A stretch of DNA of 64,000 nucleotides from Squalus acanthias (GCA_030390025.1 CM059432.1:23810001-23874000); one strand, 5' to 3'; shown: positions 48,936 through 63,652, numbered from the stretch's first letter. Made by a program: numbers and translations. The notes: generated by a model not told the origin, from the letters alone.

Positions 48936-51611
48936 TGTGGCAGGCCACTTTTAGAAAAGCGCTAAAAAGCCCACTACCACCACCTTAGGGCATCTAGACA
49001 TGGGCAATAAATGGGGCCCGATCTCATCTCAAAAAAAACCCAGCCACTACCTTAAAAGGGAAATATAAATTCCACTAAACTGTCATGTAAACCTGAATGT
49101 TATAAAGGAAGATGCTTTTGTGTTAATGCTGTTCCTCGTTCACCATGTAATACACTGTTTTATAATTGTTGTTTAGAGAGCAGTAGACATTTTGCACAGA
49201 ATGTCTTCTCCTCCCGCCACATCATGACTGATCACAATGTAGGTTCGGATGAAGAAGGCCTGTCAGATCATTCATCTCCTTCCTGAATAAGCCAACCTCC
49301 TTTGCTTTTTTTTTATTCGTTCATGAGATGTGGGCGTCGCTGGCAAGGCCAGCATTTATTGCCCATCCCTAGTTGCCCTTGAGAAGGTGGTGGTGAGCCG
49401 CCTTCTTGAACCGCTGCAGTCCGTGTGGTGAAGGTACTCCCACAGTGCTGTTAGGGAGGGAGTTCCAGGATTTTGACCCAGCGACGATGAAGGATCAGCA
49501 ATATACTTCCAAGTCAGGATGGCGTGTGACTTGGAGGTGGTGGTGTTCCCATGCGCCTGCTGCCCTTGTCCTTCTAGGTGGTGGAGGTCGCGGGTTTGGG
49601 AGGTGCTGCCGTAGAAGCAGCATCCAACTGCACTACCCACCTTTGCGTGCAACTGCATTTGGATGAGACGTTAAACCAAGGCCCCATCTGCCCTCTCAAT
49701 GGATGTAAAATATCGAATGACACTCTTCAAAGCAGAGCAGGGTAGTTTTCCCGTTGTCCTACCCAATATTTATCCCTCAACCAACATCGCTAAACCAGAT
49801 TATCTGGTTATTATCAGATTGCTTTTTGCGGGATCTTGCTCTGCGCAAATTAGCTGCTACATTTCCGCACTGTACAACAGTCACTACACTTCCAAAGTAC
49901 TTAGTTGCTTTGGGGTCATGAAAGGCACTATATAAGTGCAGGTTCTTTATATTCCTATTGCTGTTTTTTGAATGAGGCCAATATTCTGGCCTTGCTCACT
50001 CTACCTGGCAATCTGTTCGCTGTTTAGCATTTCTCCATGTCAAGAAATGGAGACAGTGGATTATGGGGATATTAGTAAATCACCGTGTCTCTAAATATAA
50101 CTTGGGTTCATTTCTATCGAATCAGCTCCAATTACATATATGTGTAGATATAAAGCAATTTAATCTTGATTTGTGACAAGCGTCAAGATTATCAGCAAAG
50201 TGGCAACATTACTGTAGCAGCAAGCCTCTACAGGGCAACGTCCGCAATCAGGACACTGTTGTTATCTCTGTCTTGGGAGCTCCACCAACCAAGGTTTCCT
50301 TGGGAATAATTCACCATAGATCATCTTTTCCTTTTATACCCTTTCTCATTACTGCTACGTGACAGCTCTGGCCACAACTCCCCTCTGTTACCCAGCCTTT
50401 ACATGAACTATATCTGAGCAGTTGGCACTCTTTTGCTGAATTAGCACTCGAGTGTCTAACTATTCGGTCTCGGCAGCCTATTCCCACAGATCTCACCCCC
50501 TTATCCACTTCACATACAGGGCCATCTGCTCAAGTCACACAGAACAGTTCAGACATTGATTAGCTATTTCAAAGCATTGTGGCTTAAAACTATATCATCA
50601 CGTTTCTCAGATGAATAGTAACATTCCCACAGCTACAATGCACTCAGCAACCTTATTACCTGAAAAAAAAATCAAAGCGCCTGGTACTAACTAGCAGATT
50701 CCATCACTATCAAATTAGCAACAGCATCTCTGCTGCTGCCCTGATTAACCCTTTCCATTTTGGTCTATGGCATTCACCCAAAGTTAGCCCCCAACTGAAT
50801 GCGCCTTATTCACAATGTTACATGAAAGGAAAGATCGACACAAAACAGACTGCCTTTAAACAGCAGCTATAAAGTATATAAGAATGACAACCGCTTAGCA
50901 TTTACATTGCTCCTTTGATGAAAAAAAATGCCCTGAACTGCTTCACAGAGAAATCAGTCAAAAATGTTTGCCGAGACGATGAAGGAGATATTAGAAGGGG
51001 TGACCAAAAGCTTGGTCTAAGGGGTGGGTTTTAAGGAGGGTCGTGGAGGAGGAGAGAGAGGTGGAGGTGGAGAGGTAGAGGGGATTAGCACGGTGCCTGG
51101 ACAGCTGAAGGCACTGCTGTCATCGATGGAGCGAAGGCCTGTAACAAACAAGAGGTAACTGAAAGTCACCCGTAAGCATCAGCTATCTTTCATACGACAA
51201 TTAAGATTATAGAGCAACTCAGTAGGTTGTACCGCCCTTTGTTGTAAAGAATCGAGCATTTAATGAGACACTGTTGTCTGGTAAATTGCCCGAAGTAGAA
51301 TTAGCACCTTTTGGCCAAGTTCACAGCATGTCGGATGGCAGGGAGTGGGTGGGCAGGAGATGGAATTATGGCTTGAATTCTGATGTTTGTTTCATTGCTG
51401 GTGTACACGATTCAAAACCTTAAGTAATAATACTTGGTAAGGCACAAAGTTAAGGTGAAAAGTAAATTTTTTTTTTTAATTGATTTTGCTGTCGGCTTTA
51501 CATTCCAAAAACCTGTTCAAAACGAGGTGGGTGATAATCTTAGTCGTCTGACCTGTTTTTCTATGTCACGCCAGAATGACACTGATGTTGCTTTGTTTTG
51601 AATTTATTTGA

Positions 51612-51716
<105 letters not shown>

Positions 51717-52149
51717 TAAAAGATCCGTAATTGCTTATCTTATCCATAATTTCCTATCGAAAAACTAAGCCGTATGTATAACTAAACAGCGAAAGTCATG
51801 TCCTTGACATAATTAAACAAAAATTAAGTTTAGAAGCATCCAAAGCAATACTTCTAAAGGCAATAATGATAAAAGGGGCCAGCATTTAAGGCAGTAACAT
51901 CACGTAATAAAGCCGACTCCATGTTACATGCTTGCCAACACAATCCCAATTTTCAAAGTATCTTTATATTTTCTAATGTATTCTCAGTGGTTACAGCAGC
52001 CACCTTTCTTTTATTTGTTTATACATTTCTACTGAGGACACCAAAAAAAACTTTCACGATTTTGACGGGGCAAACGAAGCGAAACTTCTTCTCGGTCGGA
52101 AAAAGAACGAAGGAGATACGAGTTCCTAAAATAATGAAGAGAATCATTG

Positions 52150-52850
52150 CAATAGATTAACGGTCAAGATGGGAGAATTGATGGCGCCGGCCACTGGCGC
52201 GAGCTGGGTCGATCCCTGCGCCGGAATGGGGTAGGCCCGAAGCCCGATCAAAGTTGGGCCTCGAGCAACGTTCCCTCTGAGCTACACGGCCACACAGCTA
52301 TCTCCCGGTCCTGCCCGCGTAGCCCGGGACCGGCTTTTCCAGTGTGAAATTTTGCGCATGTGTGAAACTTTGAACGGGCCGCGCAGCCCCTTAAAGGGAC
52401 CGCGCACCCCAAAAGAAAAATGAGGGGGAATATTGGCTTTGAGCCTCATTTAAATTAGACTGACGAGGTGCGGACACCTGCAGCATATCCCCAAGCAGCT
52501 TGCCGGCGATGGGGTTGTACATTTCGGGCCACTGCGTCACTGGCAGAGGCCCCCAGGTGGGTCCTGGGAGGGTGGGCGGGAGAGGGGCAAATGGGAGGGA
52601 GGGAGAAAGCAATTGGGAGGGAGAGAGCAGGAGGGAGGGAGGGAGGGAGACGATCAAGAGGGGGAAGGGAGCAATCGAGAGGGAGGGGAGGCAATCAGGA
52701 GGGAGCCGGCAACAGTCTTCGGGACTCCTGTGGAGCTGGGAGGGGCACTCTTGCCCCTCCCGGCACCACATTCTGGTTAAGTTTTTTTTTAAATGACCAC
52801 TGGTTATGCCGCATGCAGACATGGTTATCCTGAATGCAGCAGGCCCAGAG
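52150..52850. mobile_element. GC-rich MITE-like element containing a nested hAT-type MITE
   Basis: gggcctcgag|...|cctcatttaaat continuity across the insert. Resembles the element at 55075-55774 in reverse orientation. Confidence 0.5.
52266..52435. mobile_element. hAT-type MITE
   Basis: TIR CAACGTTCCC / GGGAATATTG with 8-bp flanks GCCTCGAG / GCTTTGAG (6/8 match). Confidence 0.7.
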
Positions 52851-53534
52851 ACAGAGAACCCTCAATCAGCATTTAACCTTCAGTCATTCTTGCGTTGCAC
52901 TGCAGTTCTGAGGCAGTTGCCATTCTAAAATTAAGTTATTTAAATAGTTTGTTAAATCCTGATACTGGTGGAAGTTGCAACAAGTGCTGTCAAGAAAGGT
53001 GATTGATAAACTGCTCAACTATACCCTAAATAAATCATTACAAGAAAATAGACAATGCTGTTTTTATAGGGCGCGGGACAGGGAACAACAAAAAAGGCAC
53101 GACACAACATAAGTCTATAAAGTCTTGTTTTTTAGGGGGACTGGATACTGTTTTGGGTTATGAACACCAACCATTCAAATGTGGGACCTGATTGCAAATC
53201 CAACATAGGCTATTGAGATGAACATTTCTTTAATCTGTTGTAGGTTGCTATGTGTAATCAGTTTGGACAATCTTAATCCAGTTCTTAGTGGGCATGGGCA
53301 GATAGAATGCAAATAGTTGGCAGTCTCGCTCAGATAGGTCACAGGTTGGCTGGTGTTGGAAATCAAAAGTTGTTACACTGGTACTCTCCTGAATTTGGGG
53401 TTTCAACACGTTAGAGCAAAGTAGAAAGAGCTTTACTTTGCATATAACAGTGATAGCGCAGAAAATCTGCGATACTGTGGGGTAAGCACTTCTTCTGCCC
53501 AACCCCACTTATGTTCTGGGGTGTGTATTGGGTA

Positions 53535-53962
53535 ATCACCCTTGTGCTCGCTGACCTACATTGGCTTCCAGTTAAGCAACGCCTTGATTTAAAAATTCTC
53601 ATCCATTTCAAATCCCTCCATGGCCTCACCCTTCCTATCTCTGTAATCTCCTCCAGCCTCACAACCCTCCGAGATTTCTGAGCTCGTCTAATTCTAGACT
53701 CTTGAGCATCCCTGATTTTAATCGCTCAACCATTGGTGGCCGTGCCTTCAGCTGCCAAGGCTCTAAGCTCTGGAATTTCCTCTCCCAACCTCTCCGACTC
53801 TACCTCTCTCTCCTCCTTTAGGACGCTCCTTAAAACCTACCTCTTCTGCTCTGATATCTCCTTATGTGGCTCGGTGTCAAATTTTGTTTAATAACGCTCC
53901 CGTGAAGCGCCTTGGGACGTTTTATTATGCTAAAGGCGCGAAATAAATACAAGTTTGTTGTT
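53535..53962 (+). mobile_element. L2 3' end (further minus-strand tails at about 42040-42230, 50900-51140 and 61650-61940)
   Basis: Matches 21605-22015 and 46625-47235. Confidence 0.82.
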
Positions 53963-55074
53963 TCCAGACCACTCGAGGAATCCATCCGATGCACCTCTGA
54001 TGGGCCCAGCGAATCTGCATCTGCTGAAAGCAGGCTGAGCTGCTGTTCTAGGCCACAAGTGGGCTCCAGCAGCAGGATTAGTTAAAGTCTTCTGGCTCAC
54101 TTCCGTGGGAGTCAAGGAAGTTTATTCAGCAGTAGTTCCGAACAGCATAGGAGACTCTTTTGCGACCTCTGCCTCCCCCTGGAGTTTATGATGTCTCTAC
54201 GATGCGTGCACCCCAGTTAGGCAACTGATCCTATTTTTTAAAGTTCCCTCCCTCCTGTCTGGAATGGGGTCGCAGTCAGAACAAAATCGCGTGCAGATGT
54301 TCTGCCCTGAAATTACCTAATCTGGGAGTCATTGCCTGAAAGGGAAAGTGTTTTGTTCCCCAGGACTACAATTTCTCTTCTCGATGAGCACAAAGTTCAG
54401 ACAAACAAAATAGCGGGGAAAGTCGAAAAACACACAGATCTGCAGCAGCTGAACCAGATGTTGGGCAAAGCAATATATATATATAAAAAAAAATTAACTA
54501 GCACTAATGCCTTTGGGAAGAATTGCCATCAAGTTGTAGCGAGCCACCATGTCCTTCATCATAAAGTGATGGATAGCTCATAAAAATCATTTCCCATTAC
54601 AGATTGTCTAAAATGCTCTCCCTGCAAAACGTTTGGCTCGATTTACAGACCATTCCCTGCCTCTCCTCCATGTGTCTCCAGAGACAATACCAAGTGGGCA
54701 TAATAGATCATATCCAATTCACTCAGCAAATGATACTTTCTCTGTAATTGTTGAACGCGGACCTGCGTGAAAGGAAAGGGGAAAGTTTTGAAACACAAGC
54801 AATTATCTAGCCCCCAGCAGGAACACATTTCTTCCCTTCCTCCGCAGAGGAGAAAAAGAACAAGTTTCAAAATGGGTTGTTTCTTTATCAACTGCGGAGT
54901 AATTGTCAGCAAATGTCCATTGCCAGGAGATAACGCCACTGCAAGTCTAGGGGCTTCCTAGGTTTAAAATTACGAGAAAAATCTAAGGGGAGTACATTTT
55001 GTTTACCGTGCTACCTCATTTTATATTGAAAATAGATATATTTATAAAACTGTCCTTTCACATTTATAGATAAA

Positions 55075-55774
55075 GGCCTAGAAATTCAGTGGCAGCATGC
55101 CCAGCTTTTGGGAGCTGAACAGGTGCCTAAACCTCCAATATGGCGGGCGGGAAGCACGCGCTCATTACGAGTCAGATGTGTACTGCCCGCCATATTGGTA
55201 TAGGCAAAATAATAGGCACTCACGTGTGCATATGCATCTGCAAATATGGGGCCTGACACCTGTTTTAGGGCCCCTGTAAAAAATTGGGTTGCCGGGCCGA
55301 CAGCATTCAGGAAAACCAAGTCTACATGAAGCCTAACTGGCATCTTTAAAGGGACTGCTACAGGCCAAGAAGGTAAGTTTAAAAAAAAAATACTGAATGT
55401 GGAGCTGGCAGAAGCAGGAGTGGTCCTCCCAACTCCACGTTAAAACTATGGCCCAATGCCAGCCATTGCTCACCCGATCGCCCGATTGACCCACTCCCAG
55501 TTTCCCCCAATTGCCCTCCCTTTAACGGTCACTCCCTCGCGATCGTGTCCCATTCCCCTTTAACAACCTTCCTGAGGGCCAGTCCAAAATTCAAAGCCCC
55601 TTCGCTGGCAAGCTGCCTGAGGAGGCCCACCAGGTGTCCACAACTCACCGGTCTCATTTAAATTAGGCTTGAGGCCCAATATCGGGTGCGTCTCTGGTCT
55701 AACCATTCAGGTGCAGGGATTGTTCCCTGTGCCCACTTTGCGCTGGCAGGTTGACGCGAACAAATTTCTAGGCC
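55075..55774. mobile_element. Harbinger-type MITE
   Basis: Perfect 12-bp TIR GGCCTAGAAATT / AATTTCTAGGCC. Flanks AAA / ATA. Confidence 0.7.
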
Positions 55775-58442
55775 ATAATATCAAATTATAGGCGTATTGA
55801 GCTTATCCAATAAGTAACTGTGCTCTACAGGCCAGAAAGGTGCTAAGTTCAATTACTTATCTGCAGCTACTTAACTGACCTCATCGTGTTGACAGGGATG
55901 CTACAGTTGCCTCAGTACCCCCTTGATAAAGGAAAGGAAAATGGCAGGGCTCCTGCTCACTGTTCAGTGACTCTCGCAGGAAGTGCATGTGTGTGGATGC
56001 CAAGTGAAATTAAGACTGGGTTCCGCTATGATGTCTGGCAACACTCTCATTCAAGGCTCACCCACGAACAATACTCACTGGTCGAGGTACTGGACAGTGC
56101 CTGATGTTTGTGGAACCATAGCCCAGCAAAGAGTCAACACCTTGGGGAGGGGAGGGGAGGAGAGTTTAAAAACAAATCTAATGTTTAACTTGAACAGAGA
56201 TCTAACCAGTCTAGATCTACTCCTGTTGCTTTCATGAAATCACCGGATTAATGGCATTACTGGAGAACCTTAGTAGCTAGAAGACTTTCTTCATTGGCTA
56301 ACAGTTGACTATACTGTGACATCATCATGATCCTTCCGGCTCTCAGCAGTTCAGTCAATTTTTCCCCTTTTTCCTACTCTAATTTTCTTCCTACTCTAAC
56401 TTGCTTCCTTTTTTTAATTATTAATTCACGGGATGTGGGTGTCGCTGGCATGGCCGCCATCTTGAACCACTGCAGTTCATGTGAAGATACTCCCACAGTG
56501 CTGTTAGAGAGGGAGTTTCAGGATTTTGACCCAGTGACGTTGATGGAACAGCGATATATTTCCAAGTTAGGATGGTGTCTGACTCGGAGGGGAACTTGGA
56601 GGTGGAGGTGTTCCCATGCGCCTGCTGCCCTTGTCCATCTAGGTGGTAGAGGTTGCGGGCTTGGGAGGTGCTGTCAAAGAAGCTTTGGCAAGTTGCTGCA
56701 GTGCATCTTGTAGATGGTACACACTGCAGACACGGTGCGCCGGAGGGAATGAATGTGCAAGGTGGTGGATGGGGTGCCAATCAAGTGGGCTTTTTCCTGG
56801 ATGGTGTCAATGTTGTTGGAGTTGTACTCATTCAACCCATTATCTCTAGGCAATCATTACAAAGGGGAGGACTGCTCAAGGATTTGAAAATAGCTAACAT
56901 AACATCAATTTTTTAAAGGCAAATAGGGACTTCCCAGAAATCTACAGATCTGTTGTGGGTAATGTATTAGAAAGCATCCTGATAGAGGGGATAATGAAAC
57001 ACCTGGATAAGTATGGTATGGTATGGTAAGAAGGAGTGAGTATGGATTCATGGGAGACAAAAATCAGACAAAGTTACTAGATTTCTAGAATGATAATTCT
57101 GTGGCAGTAAATACATTGACTTTTTACCCCAATATGGTTTTATAATTACATGAATAACACCATTTGAACGTAATAATTTTTCAACTAATTTGGTCAAAAA
57201 CATGAATATATAAAAAAGTAACTGAAACAAGTAGTCATTAACCCTTCACTGTGACTGTGAGGAAACACTGGAGAAACGTAGACTTTTCAGCTTTGAAAGG
57301 AGATGACTTGAGAAGTGACCTTATAGAGGTATATAAGATAACTAGCAGTATAGAAGAGGTAAATCTGGAATACTACTTCAAACTAAACTATGGCAGTATG
57401 ATAGCAGTACAGGTTCAAACAGGCAGAAGGTGAATTTAAGACTATGTCAGGAAGTTCTTCACACAGAAAGTGAACTAGGGGATGGACTTCTGGGTAGGGT
57501 CGTGGAGGCGAAAACCATGCAACGATTTAAGAAACATCCAGATGCTCTAATTGGGAGGAGGGGGACAGCTGATTATTTCTACATGGATAAGCAAGTATGG
57601 GTCAAATAGTCTCCTCGTCCATATCTTGTGACTTCTACAATGTAGAGACTCAAATTTTCTGCATTATACAAGCAAAGAACATCATGAGAACAACTTATAA
57701 AGGGTGTTCTGTCTATTGAATTGTGGTTCGCGTAGGGAGTTAGAAAAAGTTTGATTATCATCGGAACAAAGTAAGTCATTCAAGTTTTTTTTTTAAATTC
57801 ATGATAGAAGCCAAGTTTGACTGCCAGAGTCAGAGCAGTTCCCCGGAGTATTCTTTTAAAGTGCAGAAACCCATAAAATCCAGCACTAAAAGCTACAGGG
57901 TAATCTGTTCGACTGTGAGCTTGTCAAATATCTTCAGATCATTCGAACTTCTTTGGCCTTGCTACCTCAGTCTGTGTCGGGAAAAAAAATTCTTAAAAGG
58001 GAAACTGTAGCCTCTTATTGAAAGTTCTTTGAAATATACAGAGAAATTCCTCACACAGATCAAACTTGAGAACTAAAAAGAACAGAAATGCGCAGTCGGT
58101 CAGTCAGCATCTGAAAGAGAAACAAAGGTAATGAACTGTTGAAGGGTCCTGTGGCCACCTGAAACGTTAACCCTCTTTCCGAAGCTGACAGACTTGTTGC
58201 TTTTGTTCAGCACTTTATGGTTTGATTGTAGATTTCTACAATATGAGCATATGAAAATAAGGGTAAGGAAAGACCATTGGGCCAGTTCATGCTCACTCTA
58301 CTTGCTGCCCAGTGCAAATTTGTGTACCACCACCTTCGACCACCAGTAATGCTAACTCCGCGGGGAACAAAAAAAGGAGTAAAAACCATGACTCATTTTG
58401 GGAAAAGATCTGAAAAATTCCTCCCGGGCTGCATAAGACAAT

Positions 58443-58738
58443 GGGCCAGAAATTCGGCTCCCTGGCTTCCCGCGGGTGCAAGGATCGCGCGCGCACTTAC
58501 CTACCGCGCCTGCCGTTGACCCCTGGGCCCGCAGGGGATTCCGGTCCTGGGCCTCCTCCAACTACCAGCGCGCAGTGCTTGCGTATCCCAGGGGCGTAGT
58601 TAGTGCGATGCGTCCCCTGGGATCACGTGGGCCATGGAGAGCCAATGGCAGCAGACCATCTTTCATTCATAGATTTGACAGGAAGACCTACGGGTACACA
58701 GCGCATACCCACCCATAGGGATCAGAATATCCGGCCCC
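58443..58738. mobile_element. Internally deleted copy of the 32387-33148 MITE
   Basis: About 250 bp closely matches the left arm of 32387, then jumps at gaagaCCT to the right-arm sequence cctacgggt. Confidence 0.8.
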
Positions 58739-58784
58739 TTATATTTAACCTTGTATCAATGGACCTTTGTTCTTGACCGCTCAA

Positions 58785-59865
58785 TTACTGGATGTCGGAC
58801 AAGTAGGCTGACAACACGGGCAGTGGATGGGGTGAGAGAAGTGTGGAGAGGTAGAGCTGGGTGTCGTCAACACCTATATGGAAGCTGACCCCATGTCTGT
58901 GGATGAGGTTGCCAAGGGGCAGCATGTAGATGGGGGAGAGCACAGGGCCAAGGATGGGTCATTAGGGTCTCTGCAGGTCACAGTGTGGGGACTGGAAGTG
59001 AAGCCTTCGCTGGAGATGCTCTGTGTACAATTGAATAGGTAAGAGTGGAACCAAGCGTGAAACAATCTCAATGAGCTGAAAGGCACTGAAGGAAGATGCA
59101 GTGGTTGACTGTGTCAAAGGATGCAGAGGGATAATGCACCATGGTCACTGTCACAGAGGATGCCGTTTCAGTCCCAAGGCAGGGACAGAATCCTGATTGG
59201 AGAGATTCAAACATGGAGTTGAGTGAAAGATGGGTATGGATTTGGGAGGTGACAACATGTTCAAGGATCTGGAAAGGAAAGGGAGGTTGGAGATGGGGTG
59301 GAAGTTTGCAACAACAGAGGGGTCAAGGATAGGTGATAATGCCAGTTTTAAAAGGGATGGGGATCTTAGGAGGAGGACCAATTACAATGTCAGGTAGCAT
59401 GGAAGCTAGGAAAGAAAGTTAGGTGCTCAGCAGTTTTGTGGTAATGGGGTCGATGGAGCAGGAGGTTGGTCTCATGGACCCGATGAGCGGGCATGATGGG
59501 AAATAGGAGAGAAACAAACAGATTCAGGGCAACGGTGGGGCTTGATATGGTCCAGCAATATGTGGTGATGGTGGGGGGTGCCTGGGTGAGGGGTGGCCTA
59601 ATGGGCAAGGATCAGGGGGCAAGCAGCACAGGCAGCCGAATGAATGGTCTCAATCTTAGTGACAAGGAGCTTCTTGTACTTGTTGGAGTTGAAGGTAGAA
59701 AAGACAGGGGAGAGGGGTGTAAAGAGATGGTTGATAGTTAATAAAAGAAGCTAGGCGATAACTTTGCTCTCCAGGATGATCCTGGACTAGTAGGTGGTTT
59801 TGGCAGAGGAGAGTTGAGCCTGATGGTGCTTGATATTGTTCAGCAAGATCTGATGATGGCACTTA
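58785..59865 (-). mobile_element. Degraded L2 RT region
   Basis: Minus-strand remnants LDPSVVANFHPISNLPFLS and WFHSYL; gttgacgacacccagctctac corresponds to the YADDTQLY region. Confidence 0.65.
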
Positions 59866-60064
59866 ATTAGAGTCAAACATGCAGAATGCCCACTCTACTG
59901 CAGAGTTGGCCATGACCACGGACCTGTGAATCAGCATCTTTAGGAGAGGAGGATGAAAAATGGAACAAAATACATTTTTAATAACTGGTTGATACTTTGC
60001 CCATTTCTTCCCTCTCCCATGATTGATTAAATATAGGGTAGGTTTACAGTAACTTAAAAGATAA

Positions 60065-60741
60065 AGGCCTAAAAATTCGGTTGCTTTCAGGGCACTAACG
60101 GGGCGCAAAGCAACTAGCGCCTGGGCGTGGTGCCGCCAACGCCTCCCGCGAAATTCAGCGGGAGGTTAGCGGCGGCAGTAACCGTTAGCGCGGCACTGGT
60201 GATGACGTCATCGGCGTGCACAGCGCCCCGGCCGTGATTTTCGGTCGCGCCCATTGACTTACCACTGGACGCTATGTCCGACGGGGTCAGGGGGGCCTAC
60301 CTGCGGCCGGGGCGGCGCAAATTAAAGGGGAGGTGCCGGGCGCTCATTTTTGTTGCTGGCCACCTGCCAGCACCTGCCCCCTCTGCCGTCCCCGGCCTCC
60401 TCTGCAGCCTCCCCGTGGAGTGCCGGCTGCGCTCCGTGAGCCCGGCACTTCTTTTGAGTGCCGAGCTCTTTTGCCGACCTCCGATCACTGGTGGCCCAGC
60501 TGGGCTAGGCCCCTCCCCTTTAAGAAGGAGAGGAAGGCCTGCAGTACTGCGCTGCGGCACGTAGCGCCGCGATATTCACTCGCAGCGCCCCAAGAGGGAG
60601 GCGGGGCGCTTCTCGTAGCACCCCGCTTCCCTCTTGCTGCGCTACCAGTGAATTTCGGCCGCGGGGGCGCTAATTTTTGCAGGGTTGTCGTGCCCCGGTG
60701 AGGTTAGCCCTCCAAAGGGGGCGCGACTCAATTTTCCCCCC
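60065..60741. mobile_element. GC-rich MITE (family of 11385-12066)
   Basis: Ends ggcctaaaaattcgg / caattttcccccc with AAA flanks, and internal homology to 11385-12066. Confidence 0.72.
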
Positions 60742-62878
60742 AAAATCTTAAGAAAACAAGAAGAGGCCATCAAGACTTAGATCGAAAATAGATCCTGACA
60801 TGACCTAATCAAACTTTTCATGGTAAAGTACCCAAATATCGGGGAAACAAATTAAAAATGAGAAAGAAGGGCAATCAGGTGGAACCTTTTTACTCAAAGC
60901 GTAATAGAGCTGTGGAATAAGTTAGCAGGAAAAATCATTGAAGCAAACATTATGAATGGGTTCCAAAGGCAATTAACTGTGTTTCTAAAGTGAGAATGGA
61001 TTGGGGGTGGGGATGGGGTAGGATGTGAAGGTCATTAGTTGGGGTTGAGAGCTATCAAAATTATCCTGGCTTGTTTACCTTAATAGTCTTTCCTGTTCTT
61101 AAAGATTCTCATGTTCATGTGCTCCATCATTTGCTTCCTTATAGACTATATATAATCTAACTCATCATTAAGTTCACACCACCTATTTAATCTCCTGAGG
61201 GAAAATACTGCGTAACTATTCACTAATCCCACATTACAACAGTGACTACACTTCAAAAAAGTACTTCATTGGCTGTAAAGCGCTTTGAGACGTCCGGTGG
61301 ATGTGAAAGGCGCTATATAAATGCAAGTCTTTTTTCTTTTTAATCCTCAAAGGTGAACAAGTTAACCTCCAGAATACCTATTGATCATTGCTGTGGAAAT
61401 GCTGGTGGCCAAAACTATGGCCAGAGGAATGGAAAAATGAAGAAGAGCGTTCATAGCAATTAGCTGGAGAGAATTAAATTGAACCATAACATGTTACAGC
61501 ACAGAAATAGGCCATTTTGCTCATCAGGTGCTTTATGCCACATGACACATTTAAATTAATTCCATATCCTTTAATATTCGTCTTTTACAAGTAATTATCT
61601 AATTCTTGTTAATAGAATTTATGGGCATTGCTTTATCAAGAATGCCAACAACTTGCATTCATGTGGCACTTCTGGCATAGAAACACATCCCAAGGTGCTT
61701 CATAGAAGCTTAAGGGAAACATGGATGCTGAGCCAAAGAGGAAAGATTAGGAGGAATGATCCAAAATTTGGTCAAAAACATGGGTTTCAAGGAGGGTTTA
61801 AAGGACCAAAGGGAGATGGAGGGGTTTAGAGAGGGAATTCCAGAGCCTTGGGTCTAGATGGCTGAAAGCAGGGCCACCAGTGGTGAGGCGAAGGAAGGAG
61901 AATGCACAAGAATCCAGAGCCAGAGGAACAGAGAGTTCACGTCCCAATCCTCTTCTGACTGGCCTTCAGCTGGCAGAGAGCCACAGCGTCTTCCCCGCTC
62001 AGGACAGAGTTAAAATTGCAGCCAGTGACCAATGACTTCATCAGATCCCACTCTGCATATTTAAAGAAGGACCCTGCTGCCTGTGGGTGGGCGTCTTAGC
62101 TGCCTGTCCAAAAGTACTGGTAAAAATCGCCAATGGCAGGATCGGGCATGAAATCAGTGGGTAAGTCACCTGGTGGATTTTAACTGCTTACCCACCCAGT
62201 TTCCAGCGGGCGGGTAGGGTTAAAATCTCCCCTTTCTCTCTCCTAATCAGCCAAGGTCAATCTATACTTTAGAACATAAGAACCTTTAGACAAAGAAAAA
62301 CCTTGACATGAAGACATGTTAAGCTTCATATTACAGTGTACACTGGTTGAAGCGTAACAGTTCTTGAAAACGTAAAATGAGGAGAGGCCATTTAGCCCAT
62401 CAAGTATATTCTATCCACCGACCGTGACACCAGGAGTGTCCAATTTGTTTGTCACCATGGGCCACTTAATGAGTACCAAGAAGCCTCATGAGCTGCATGT
62501 AAATTTTCTGTCACAGTTCCCATTCATTTGTATATATCTCAGGCTATGAACACTGACAGACCTTGGGGTTCTTATTTATGCACCAGTGAGGTAATGGCAC
62601 TTAAAACAGTCCTTTCCAAACTTGCAGGGCCACAAAATTTAAGCAAGACAAACCAGCATGTTAGCAGTATCGGGCCAATTTTCCAGTGCTGGTTAAGTGG
62701 AGCTGGAACTGCCTATCAGCTAGTGTAAAATCACACTGAGCTGACTACCCATCATTTTCACCATCAGCTCGTTTGAATAGTTAGCATGAATTCCCAGTGC
62801 AAAGTTATACTTATGCCCGGAGCTAGCCTAATGGGGCATGCAGAAAATCTAGCTGGCAAGTAACCCTTGAAAGCTCAA

Positions 62879-63652
62879 GGGGGGAAAATTTGGTTGGTTA
62901 GTGCCTCCAGGGAGGCGCTAACGGGGCGCTAGGAACTTAGCGCCCGAGCACAGCGATTTTAGCTGGCGAAATTGACCAGTCATTTTGCGGCGGCGCTAAA
63001 CACTACCGCCACGATCTCCTGCGCCCGCAGATCGTGATGTCAGTCAAGCGTGCAACGCCCCAGACCGGATATTGAGTCGCGCCCCCTGCCTTAGCGCCTG
63101 CCGCTAGGAACGACAGGTAGAGGGGAACATTTTCAAGTCGGGAAGGGGCTGGGGGAGCGCTATTTAAAGGCGGGTGCTTCCTGCCTTTTCTTATCGGCAA
63201 AATTTTTGGTTTTACCGCTGTCCTAAGGATTTTGGCCCTCAGCACCACTTTTGAGGTTCCTAAGCGCCGAGCTCTGTCCGTGGGCCTATCCATTAGTGCT
63301 TCCAACACAATTGCTTTTGAGGTCTCTCCAGGCCGAGATTCAGGGCTGCAATGAGCAGGGTGTGGCTGGCCAGCAAGATGGGCCCTTCCCTTTAAGAACT
63401 GGACGGCGCCAGTCTGTCTGGCTTCCATGGTAATTGGCATCGCCTGAGCTTCGGTAGCGTTATGAGGTAGCGCCTCGCTCCCTGACGTTTGCGCCTTAAG
63501 AGAGGTGTGTAGTGCCTGATTTAACGCTCAAATCACCTCCAGGGGCGATAGAGGCGAATTTTGCAGTCGGAGGCGATAATTAGCGCCGGGTGCTAAACTT
63601 TACGCCCGGCTGATAGTAGCACCCCAAAATGACGATACCGAATTTTTCCCCC
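62879..63652. mobile_element. GC-rich Harbinger-type MITE
   Basis: [15 protein letters not shown] / AATTTTTCCCCC with TSD CAA on both sides. Shares ggcgctaacggggcgc motifs with the 11385 and 60065 family. Confidence 0.75.
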
